Source of the DNA: an uncultured delta proteobacterium
Lineage (GTDB): Bacteria; Desulfobacterota; Desulfomonilia; UBA1062
Assembly: GCA_963752595.1 (NCBI GenBank)
Contig: CAVVYZ010000002.1
Location: 224,001-288,000 of the forward strand
Direction: 5' to 3'
DNA length: 64,000 nt
Shown here: positions 1-7,476 of the stretch, piece after piece
Layout: every line of letters begins with the position of its first letter
Numbering within the stretch: the first letter of the stretch is position 1
Notes under the pieces: generated by a model
The model's input: the letters and a program-made list of their open reading frames with translations, nothing else
Told to the model about the DNA's origin: nothing
The model's database searches: none
Position numbers and translations under genes: made by a program

Positions 1-98
1 ATGATCTCTCCATTGCTGCTGAGGACGCACACATACATTTTCTTTGTGTGCAGATCGATTCCGCAGTAATATTTGTGCTGTTTGGTGTAGAATCTCAT
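1..98 (-). CDS. IS110-family (DEDD) transposase, N-terminal part, runs off the window
   Basis: Reverse complement of 98..1 reads MRFYTKQHKYYCGIDLHTKKMYVCVLSSNGEI (YCGIDLH = first catalytic Asp motif of IS110 RuvC-like domain); SD GGAGGAGG at 110..103; not in the ORF track because truncated. Confidence 0.85.
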   Translation of the reverse strand, partial: MRFYTKQHKYYCGIDLHTKKMYVCVLSSNGEI

Positions 99-177
99 TT
101 GGCCTCCTCCTTTGGTTGGTTTTTTGTTGTTGGCGCTTCAAATATACCACCCATTCGAGGAGGCCTTACATAGTATC
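1..177 (-). mobile_element. End of an IS110/IS1111-type element inserted in an attC site
   Basis: Transposase start plus ~80 bp non-coding end; ...CATAGTATC abuts AATGGCATGCAGCGG (attC left arm) where RYYYAAC should be; exact boundary uncertain by a few bp. Confidence 0.7.
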
Positions 178-224
178 AATGGCATGCAGCGGACGCGCTG
201 CCGCGCGCCGCTGATGCCTAGCGT
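178..224 (+). other. attC site 1 (interrupted; right core completed at 2855-2859)
   Basis: AATGGCATGCAGCGGACGCGCTGCCGCGCGCCGCTGATGCCTAGCGT: GGCAT(G)CAGCGG/CCGCTGATGCC stem with one extra base; removing 225-2854 restores GTTATGC. Confidence 0.85.
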
Positions 225-875
225 GTGTGCCGGGCATGGCACAGAGCTAGCGAGGTGAAAGTCCTCGCGCCAGGTATAAACGGAGCCGAAGGCTAGGAGA
301 AGGGCAAGGGCGTCATCGCGAGGTGGGGTCTGGAGGAAGTCCAATCCAAAAGCTGCGGGGCGACGAACAGGAACCGGATATGAGGTGTGACGTACCCGGG
401 ACGAGTCGGCACGTGACGACGAAGTCCTCCATCCGTGAGTTGTGTACGTTTTATAAATCCGGCGCTTATGCGCGAGAAAGCTCTGTGTCTTACCCCGGGA
501 GATCTGTATGGTGTCCTTCACAGGTATGGCTGAAATATTGTGGCACCGCCTTAGAAACCAGGCGGCAAACAGAGAAAACAGATCTCAGCCTGAAGCCGGA
601 AGGACTAGAGTTCTTGAGAGGGAGCTCTGACCGCCATGCAGAAGTCAGCAGAGGGCATAGTAGGTGGAAGTATCACTGAAGGCCCGAACGGTTGAGAGGG
701 ATAGTGATCTGATAGGGGAGCGCTCATTAAGCCGGCACATAGTGTGGCCGCTTGCTAGAGATGGCAAGCAATTGAGAACTGGTCATGTCAGATGAAACGC
801 CCGGCTGCCTCGTTGTAGGCAGAGTAATCAGCCGAACCGCCGTGTACGTGACCCGTACGCACGGTGGTGTGGGAG

Positions 876-2821
876 TTGCGCCTTGAAGCGCATGGAATAC
901 AGTGACCTGGGATGGCCACCCTGGTAAAGCCTAGCCAGCAGCCAGGTACCGAGTCTTGCGTGGGGTGCGGTAACAATCTTCACGAAGCGTAGACAGGAAG
1001 GTGGCAGGCCGGAACCGAAAGATGAAGAGGAAAATTAGCCCCGAAATCGAACGTGTGCGGAGCAGTCGACCCTGTCTCTCAATGGGGAAGACGGAAATGT
1101 CATATTCGTTAGAAGGGCGAGAATATGAGATTGCTTCCGGGGTTCGTACCTACGGCATGTCATCAAGGGATTCCATGTGAACAAGGGAGATCCGGCGAGC
1201 TCAGGCGGAGCCTGTAGGAGCAAACAAGCCATCAAAGCGAGGATGCTCCGATGGTTCGTCGGAAGTCGGACTGGCTGATAGTACTTTGAGGCAGGGAGAG
1301 CCTACCACATGGGGAAGCGGCTAGCAGGATTTGAGCTCTTCTAAGGGAACATGAGCTCCATACAAAGGGAGGATACGAGCCTTCATGCAAAGGAGGGAGT
1401 AACTCAGTCATGGGAACGGGATTAGAAGGGATAGCAACGAAAGCTCGGAGTGAAACAAAGCTCAAGTTCACGTCACTATGCCATCATGTGACGCGGGAAC
1501 TGATCTGGGAGGGCCTGTGCAACATACCTTACCAGTCAGCGCCGGGAGCGGATGGCATCAGCGTGGAAGAGGCGAAGAGGACATTCAATGAATGGATAGA
1601 TGAGATGCACACGTCCATTCACCGGAAAGCATACCATGCACCACCAGTAAGGCGAGTATGGATACCTAAGCCGGGGAAAGCTGCCAAGCGACCGATAGGA
1701 GTCCCTTGCATAGCCGACAGAGCACTTCAGAGGAGTGTATCAGTGATTCTGTCGAGCATTTATGAGCAGGACTTTCTGCCGTGTTCGTTTGGAGGCCGAC
1801 CGAAGCTGAGCGCCCATCATGCCCTAGCAACATTCAACGAGATTGTAGTGGGCAAGAAGGTGGAATGGGTATTTGAAGCGGATCTAAAGAACTTCTTCGG
1901 CAGTTTGGACCATGGATGGATAGAACGCTTTGTGGAGCACCGAGTCGGAGACCCGAGGATAATGAGCTTGGTTAAGCGATGGCTAAAGGCAGGTGTTCTG
2001 GAAAATGGAGAGGTTAAACCGGTAGATGTGGGGACTCCTCAAGGGGGATCCATCAGTGTGCTGTTAAGTAATCTATATCTCCACTACGCTTTGGATCTAT
2101 GGTTCGAAAGGATTATAAAGCCAAATTTAAAAGGAGAAGCTTACTTGATAAGGTACATAGACGACTTTGTGGTATGCTTCCAATATCGCTCGGATGCAAT
2201 CTTCTTTCAGGATGCGCTGGTAAAGAGACTTGAGAAATTCAGCTTGGAACTAGAGCCTGAAAAGACCCGTTTGGTGGAATTTGGGCGCTTTGCTTCGGAG
2301 AATTCAGAAAAGCGTGGAAAGAGACTGGAGACGGTTTTCTTTCTAGGATTTACCCACTACTGCTCTCGCAACAAGAAGGGCAATTTCATGGTGGGGCGCA
2401 AGACTGAGAAGGCTCGATTCCGACGGAGCATATGCAAATTGCAAACACTGATGCAGGAGATCAGGCATCATTCCCTGAGAGGATCAAGTCCTGAAAATCA
2501 ACCAAGTACTTACGAGGCCACTATGCTTACTATGGTAGTAGGAGGGAACTTTAAATCGTTGTACATGATTTATCATTACGCCGAAAGATACTGGCATAAG
2601 ATGCTTAGTAGTCGGAGCCAAAAGAGCTACATTGCCTGGGAAAGATTCAAATTCCTCAAGCAGGTGTTTCCGTTACAGCGGCCAAAGCTTTCCGTCACTT
2701 ATAGGAGGATGAAAGCGTTCGCTGTGCTGTGAATCAAATTCTGAAGAGCGTAGTGCGGGAAATCTGCACGCTACGTTCTGTGGGGGTTGGGGCTGCCAAT
2801 TGGCAGCTCCTTCTACCCGGC
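876..2821 (+). mobile_element. RT-encoding group II intron (IIB-like) nested in the outer intron (twintron)
   Basis: Starts TTGCG; Id3 stem-loop GTCGACCCTGT-CTCTCA-ATGGGGAAGAC; DV GAAGAGCGTAGTGCGGGAAATCTGCACGCTACGTTCTG at 2743-2780; DVI ending CTACCCGGC; removal restores outer DVI GGGAG|GAGGGGTGTCGTGAGGCGCCCCCCTATCCCGAT. Confidence 0.88.
1410..2732 (+). CDS. ltrA: Group II intron reverse transcriptase/maturase, no endonuclease domain
   Basis: APGADG, RRVWIPKPGK..RPIGVP, GTPQGG, RYIDDF, FLGF motifs; domain X garbled at ~2475-2545 by three compensating +1 indels (read-through QVLKINQVLRGHYAYYG). Confidence 0.95.
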   Translation: MGTGLEGIATKARSETKLKFTSLCHHVTRELIWEGLCNIPYQSAPGADGISVEEAKRTFNEWIDEMHTSIHRKAYHAPPVRRVWIPKPGKAAKRPIGVPCIADRALQRSVSVILSSIYEQDFLPCSFGGRPKLSAHHALATFNEIVVGKKVEWVFEADLKNFFGSLDHGWIERFVEHRVGDPRIMSLVKRWLKAGVLENGEVKPVDVGTPQGGSISVLLSNLYLHYALDLWFERIIKPNLKGEAYLIRYIDDFVVCFQYRSDAIFFQDALVKRLEKFSLELEPEKTRLVEFGRFASENSEKRGKRLETVFFLGFTHYCSRNKKGNFMVGRKTEKARFRRSICKLQTLMQEIRHHSLRGSSPENQPSTYEATMLTMVVGGNFKSLYMIYHYAERYWHKMLSSRSQKSYIAWERFKFLKQVFPLQRPKLSVTYRRMKAFAVL

Positions 2822-2877
2822 GAGGGGTGTCGTGAGGCGCCCCCCTATCCCGATTATGCATAGGAACTGGTTCAAAT

Positions 2878-3590
2878 ATGAGTGAACTCACTGACCATCA
2901 GCAGCAATACGTACAATTTCTTCGTGCGGATATTGAGTCAATAAAAAGGGAGATCGCACGTAGGGCGAATCTTCAGAGGGTTGCGCTTGCTACTTATATT
3001 GTTGTTATTGCATTTGTAGGAAAGGGTGTATCATTGCAAGAAATAACAGGCTCCATTGCTTGTCGGCTTTTGGGTAATTGGGTCATTATGCGTTTCAGTA
3101 CTATACTCGTGAAGGTCTAGAGATAGGCAGGCTTGCTTCTATTGTTCGAGAAAGGATAGCACCAATTGCCAGTAAGATATTGGATGTCCACCAGAGAGAT
3201 CTCTTCCCTTCAGAAACAAATAATGCATATCAAGAAAAAGACAGAATATACCATTCTCTATGATCATTGTTTCAATGGATATTATTTCTTTTTTTCTCCC
3301 AGCTGGCAATAAACTTTGTTATTAACTATACTGAGGATTGGTCCAGGCGTACAAAAAGTTCTGGATTTTTGCACAAGAGGTCTATTTACATGTAGAGTAA
3401 TCTCAGTGGCAATGCATGGTCGAGACTGATGGAGAATGGAGAAGGATTGGCAACTCATTAATTCCTCGTTGGGTTTGCGTTTTAATCGGTGTTTTAATAA
3501 TAGTTGTTGGCTTGAAAATGTTTTGTACGTTAAAACTTACCTTATAATCAAGTATTATTGAGCGTTTTCTCATTAAATGAATAAACTACC
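2878..3590 (+). CDS. Gene cassette: hypothetical membrane protein, frameshifted (ORFs 2878-3120, 3078-3263 and continuation); end approximate
   Basis: AT-rich ORF pieces starting ~20 bp after attC1 core and followed by attC2; hydrophobic segments. Confidence 0.5.
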
Positions 3591-3620
3591 CGCGGCATGT
3601 ATTTTATCAGAGCAAACAAA

Positions 3621-3677
3621 ATCCAACCAGCCACTCCAGCCGACGGCCTATAGCCGCGGCTGACCGGCACGTTGAGG
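3621..3677 (+). other. attC site 2
   Basis: ATCCAAC-CAGCCACTCCAGCCGACGGCCTATAGCCGCGGCTGACCGGCAC-GTTGAGG: AAC/GTT cores and CAGCCG/CGGCTG stem. Confidence 0.8.
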
Positions 3678-3714
3678 CCATTGATTCATATCATTGCAAA
3701 AAATAGGAGGCATT

Positions 3715-4170
3715 ATGAATAAGTTACCTACCGAACAGACAACATCTCGACAGCTAATACGCCTTGGCATACTTCTGTTTTTTCTAGGGCTTCTCTCCGG
3801 CCTGGTCGTGCCAATGCTGTCCAACCCTCGCATGGGTCTTTCAAGCCATCTCGAAGGTGTGATGAATGGCTCCTTTCTGGTCATTCTGGGCCTGATATGG
3901 TCCAAGCTTCGATTGTCTCGAATGACCATGATAACCACGTTCCGGCTGGCCATCTATGGTGCCTATGTCAATTGGGCCACCACCTTAGCCGGGGCGGCAT
4001 GGGGGGCCGGTAATTCCATGATGCCTATCGCAGGCATGGGCCATAGGGGTTCGCCCCTCCAAGAGGGGATCATCAACTTTGGCCTGGTGTCATTCGCCAT
4101 TGCCATTCTCCTCACGTGCGTCATTGTCTTGTGGGGTCTCCGAGGTGCAGACGAGCCCAAGTCTACGTGA
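3715..4170 (+). CDS. Four-helix membrane protein, styrene-oxide isomerase (StyC)-like
   Basis: NPRMGLSSHLEGVMNG motif with conserved His; 4 hydrophobic helices; SD AGGAGG. Confidence 0.55.
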   Translation: MNKLPTEQTTSRQLIRLGILLFFLGLLSGLVVPMLSNPRMGLSSHLEGVMNGSFLVILGLIWSKLRLSRMTMITTFRLAIYGAYVNWATTLAGAAWGAGNSMMPIAGMGHRGSPLQEGIINFGLVSFAIAILLTCVIVLWGLRGADEPKST

Positions 4171-4213
4171 CCCCCCGAACCAATGAACCCGGCGGAATCA
4201 AAGGAGTTGCCCT

Positions 4214-4831
4214 ATGAAACGTTGTGAATGGGCTAATAGGAGCGAGTTGGAACAGTCTTATCACGATAAGGAATGGGGCACAGCAATCCATGACGACAGA
4301 AGCCTGTTCGAGTTTCTGGTGTTGGAAGGCGCGCAAGCCGGGCTGAGCTGGTCCACTATCCTTAAAAAGCGGGAAGGTTACAGAAAAGCATTCGACAATT
4401 TCGATGCCGGGAAAATCTCCCGATACTCCGAGCATGACGTCTCCATATTGCTGGCTAATCCGGAGATCATAAGAAACAGGCTCAAAATCAACGCGACCAT
4501 CACTAACGCCAGAGCGTTCTTGCAGGTGCAGGAACAATTCGGAAGCTTTGACCGTTACGTCTGGCAATTCGTTAACGGCAGAACTATCCAGAATTCATGG
4601 GAGAGGATTACTGATATTCCTTCCAGCACTCCTGAGTCCGGAGCCTTGAGCAAAGATCTGCAGAAAAGAGGGTTCAAGTTCGTTGGGACAACAATCTGTT
4701 ACGCATTCATGCAGGCCGTCGGCATGGTAAACGATCATGTCGCAGGTTGTTTCAGATACGAAGAACTCAAAAATAAGGACGAGCATAACCGGGCGGCGCA
4801 CCGAATCGCCGGGAAACCCGGCTCCCGGTGA
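4214..4831 (+). CDS. tag: DNA-3-methyladenine glycosylase I
   Basis: RCEWA, YHDKEWG, LEGAQAGLSW, IIRNRLKI, GFKFVG, MQAVGMVNDH. Confidence 0.96.
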   Translation: MKRCEWANRSELEQSYHDKEWGTAIHDDRSLFEFLVLEGAQAGLSWSTILKKREGYRKAFDNFDAGKISRYSEHDVSILLANPEIIRNRLKINATITNARAFLQVQEQFGSFDRYVWQFVNGRTIQNSWERITDIPSSTPESGALSKDLQKRGFKFVGTTICYAFMQAVGMVNDHVAGCFRYEELKNKDEHNRAAHRIAGKPGSR

Positions 4832-4845
4832 CCTTTGTGTCGGCG
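4783..4845 (+). other. Degenerate attC site 3
   Basis: GCATAAC...GCACCGAATCGCCGGGAAACCCGGCTCCCGGTGACC...GTCGGCG; right core GTT mutated to GTC; overlaps the tag 3' end. Confidence 0.65.
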
Positions 4846-4861
4846 ATTTTGGATATCTGAC

Positions 4862-5491
4862 ATGGAAAAATATCGAATTTACTGCTCCGGCCCACTGTTC
4901 TGCGCAGAAGAAATCGGCGGCATGAGTGCAATTGCCAAAGTGCTGGAAGATGCAGGCTTTCAAACATTCTTACCGCATCGTGACGGGATGGAAGCGTATG
5001 TCTTGCGTTTCTCAAACTCATCTTTTCCATCAACCGTTTCAGGGATACGCACACGCATTGATTACGCTATATTCTCCCTGGATGCATACGAGTTGATCGA
5101 AAGATGCAGCGCTGTAGTATGCAACCTGAACGGTCGTGTTCCCGACGAAGGAATGATTGTTGAAGCAACCCTTGCATATGCAGCCGGTAAGCCCCTCGTT
5201 TTTTTCAAAGATGATCTCAGGGCTCCTTTCGGCGGATATGACAATTCAATGCTGACGAGTCTGGTGCGCGGAAAAATTGTCAAAAGACTGAAGGAATTGC
5301 CTTCTGCACTCGAATATGAATTATCTCGGAAAACAGATTCAATACCCCTGTCGAACGGTTTAGAAAAAGCAATTTCATATGGGAAACGTATTTCATCGGT
5401 ATTGGAAAGCCTGCCGGAAAAGATGTTTAAAAAAAGGTGGTCGGACGAAATCCTCAGCCAGGTTATAGAAGAGGCACTCAAGGAGAAATGA
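4862..5491 (+). CDS. Nucleoside 2-deoxyribosyltransferase / Rcl-like N-glycosidase family protein
   Basis: IYCSGPLF, FLPHRDG, PDEGMIVEATLAYAAGKP pattern. Confidence 0.8.
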   Translation: MEKYRIYCSGPLFCAEEIGGMSAIAKVLEDAGFQTFLPHRDGMEAYVLRFSNSSFPSTVSGIRTRIDYAIFSLDAYELIERCSAVVCNLNGRVPDEGMIVEATLAYAAGKPLVFFKDDLRAPFGGYDNSMLTSLVRGKIVKRLKELPSALEYELSRKTDSIPLSNGLEKAISYGKRISSVLESLPEKMFKKRWSDEILSQVIEEALKEK

Positions 5492-5509
5492 TCTTCGCTG
5501 GCCCCTCTC

Positions 5510-5554
5510 ATCCACCGGAAGGCTTTCAGCCGCCGGTGATCTCAGTCGTTGACC
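5510..5554 (+). other. attC remnant 4 (left core lost)
   Basis: TCCACCGGAAGGCTTTCAGCCGCCGGTGATCTCAGTC-GTTGACC: CACCGG/CCGGTG stem and GTT core. Confidence 0.6.
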
Positions 5555-5560
5555 TTTTGA

Positions 5561-6184
5561 ATGGTCTTGATCTCAAGTGATGATAGGTATATTTCAGCAG
5601 GTGGAAAAGCATCAGAAAAAGGATCCCGAACAGTGTATGCACAATTCATGAAACTCATCGAGCTCAACGCCGAAGACATCACACAGAATCTTTTACAGGA
5701 ATTCCGGAAAAAGGGGGAGTTCCTGAATTATCGTGAGATCTCCGAGGACATTTTCCTGGAACGCATCTCCCAGGTGATTCGCAACGTGTACATGAGGCTT
5801 GGGAGCTGGCTCGATAAAAACAAACAGAAAAACACCTTGTTTGCCTATTATTCAAACCTTGGCGCCGAGAGATTCCGGGAAGGCATCCCGCTGGATGAGG
5901 TCATACAGCTCTTCATGACGATAAAGATGGAGATCTGGCACATGTTCAGGGAGCAGGTTGTGCCGGGCAGCGAGATAGACCTGAAAAGGCTCATGGAAAT
6001 AGATTTTTATGTGAATCTCTTTTTTGACCGCATTGTGACTGCCATCGTCAAGGGTTACCAGAACGAGCTCGTGAAGGCTTGCGAGAGATCGGGCGTCAGG
6101 ATGCAGGAAAGCATGACCTCTGGAAAGGATGACAAGCCCTCCATCGACACCGCCGGTTATATCGACAGATACATAAAGCCATAG
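5561..6184 (+). CDS. Hypothetical protein, RsbRD-N/globin-like helical domain
   Basis: LGAERFREGIPLDEV...FFDRIVTAIVKGY pattern; start uncertain. Confidence 0.5.
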   Translation: MVLISSDDRYISAGGKASEKGSRTVYAQFMKLIELNAEDITQNLLQEFRKKGEFLNYREISEDIFLERISQVIRNVYMRLGSWLDKNKQKNTLFAYYSNLGAERFREGIPLDEVIQLFMTIKMEIWHMFREQVVPGSEIDLKRLMEIDFYVNLFFDRIVTAIVKGYQNELVKACERSGVRMQESMTSGKDDKPSIDTAGYIDRYIKP

Positions 6185-6216
6185 CGCGCCCTTTCTATGC
6201 TTCATCGACAGGAGAA

Positions 6217-6693
6217 TTGATAATGCAGGAGACAGAACTGCGGTACGCTGGATTCTGGATTCGAACATGCGCAGCTCTGATCGACACCATACTGATAATG
6301 GTGATCATCTTACCCTTGCTCATATCTATCTACGGATGGGGCTACTTTGATGCAGACCAGACAGGGTTTCTCGCTGGTCCCGCTGATTTTATCATCTCGT
6401 GGGTCCTGCCGGCGATCGCTGTTGTAGTGTTCTGGATCGCCAAGCAGGCCACGCCGGGCAAGATGATCGTCTCCGTGAGAATAGTTGACGCGGCATCGGG
6501 GAATGCTCCAAGCTCCGGGCAATTGGTAGGACGCTATTTCGCTTACTTCGTTTCCTGTTTTCCTCTTGGCCTGGGTATCCTGTGGGTGGCTTTTGATAGG
6601 AGAAAACAAGGCTGGCATGACAAGCTCGCCGGGACAGTAGTTGTGCGGCAGGCGCGGCGTGGTCCCGAGCCCGTGAGCTTTGGGCAAGCCTGA
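6217..6693 (+). CDS. RDD family membrane protein
   Basis: YAGFWIR..AALID, ATPGKM, RKQGWHDKLAGTVV. Confidence 0.92.
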   Translation: MIMQETELRYAGFWIRTCAALIDTILIMVIILPLLISIYGWGYFDADQTGFLAGPADFIISWVLPAIAVVVFWIAKQATPGKMIVSVRIVDAASGNAPSSGQLVGRYFAYFVSCFPLGLGILWVAFDRRKQGWHDKLAGTVVVRQARRGPEPVSFGQA

Positions 6694-6730
6694 TCGCTGC
6701 AGCTGATAGTTTACCAAGCAGAAATACTAA

Positions 6731-6774
6731 TTCACCCGGGTAATATTGACAATCCTGATTTACCCGGGTATTTA
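6731..6774 (+). promoter_or_regulatory. Tandem palindromic ACCCGGGT boxes flanking a TTGACA -35 upstream of the DUF2239 gene
   Basis: TTCACCCGGGTAAT (6731-6744), TTGACA (6746-6751), TTTACCCGGGTATT (6759-6772). Confidence 0.7.
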
Positions 6775-6804
6775 TAGTCCTTTCACCATTAAGGAGGAAT
6801 TCGA

Positions 6805-7437
6805 GTGATAGACGAGCAGAATATTACACGGTGTACCGCGTTCGAAGGCTCCCGCTGCATTGCTTCAGGAAACCTTGTGGAGGTCGCCGGGAAGGTAAAA
6901 GAGATCATCGATCGGGGGGAGCAGGCATCGGTCCTGATCTTTGACGATTTTACCAGCGAGCTTGTCGAGGTGGATTTTCGCGGCACGATGGAAGATGTCA
7001 TGAAGAGATTGGAGAAGCCGCTTGCGAGCGACGAAGCAGCTGCAGCACCGCTGAATACAGGCCAAAGCTCACCGCGCGGGCCGGGGCGACCCAGGCTGGG
7101 CGTTGTCTCCCGGGAAGTGACCTTGCTGCCGCGGCATTGGGACTGGCTCAACAGTCAACCAGGGGGTGCCTCTGTAGCTCTCCGCAAGCTTGTCGAAGAA
7201 GCGAAGCGTGTGAACGGCGACCGGGATAAGGTGCGCCAGTCGCAAGAGGCGGCGTACAGGTTCATGTCCGCCATGGCCGGTAACCTGCCGGGATTCGAGG
7301 AGGCAACGAGGGCTTTGTTCGCAGGAGATCCTGAACGTTTCAATGATTCAGTGGTTTCATGGCCTGCGGATATCCGGGATCATGCGCGAAATCTTTCAGA
7401 CTCTGCATTCCAGAATCGGGTGCACGGGAGTGCCTGA
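6805..7437 (+). CDS. DUF2239 family protein
   Basis: RGPGRPRLGVVSREVTLLPRHWDWLNSQPGGASVALRKLVE, AGNLPGFEEA. Confidence 0.92.
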   Translation: MIDEQNITRCTAFEGSRCIASGNLVEVAGKVKEIIDRGEQASVLIFDDFTSELVEVDFRGTMEDVMKRLEKPLASDEAAAAPLNTGQSSPRGPGRPRLGVVSREVTLLPRHWDWLNSQPGGASVALRKLVEEAKRVNGDRDKVRQSQEAAYRFMSAMAGNLPGFEEATRALFAGDPERFNDSVVSWPADIRDHARNLSDSAFQNRVHGSA

Positions 7438-7476
7438 TACAGCCGTCGATATGGTCGGTCTGTATGAGAGAACCGG

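Larger units (their letters stand above)
225..2854 (+). mobile_element. ORF-less group IIC intron (outer intron; RNA = 225-875 + 2822-2854)
   Basis: 5' GTGTGCCGGGCATGGCAC; IIC-type blocks CTTACCCCGGGAGATCTG and CAGAAGTCAGCAGAGGGCATAGTA...GAAGGCCCGAAC; DV GAACCGCCGTGTACGTGACCCGTACGCACGGTGGTGT (CGC triad) at ~834-870; DVI 3' part ...CCCCCCTATCCCGAT ending 2854; domain IV too short for an ORF. Confidence 0.88.

Noticed and set aside
138-1471. ORFs 138-521, 323-679, 788-976, 1035-1235 and 1232-1471
   Set aside because: They overlie structured intron RNA domains and show no protein motifs; chance ORFs.
1410-2732. RT as a retron, DGR, Abi-RT or CRISPR-associated RT
   Set aside because: It has group II intron RT0-7 and X motifs and lies inside a complete ribozyme with DV/DVI; no msr/msd, TR/VR or cas1.
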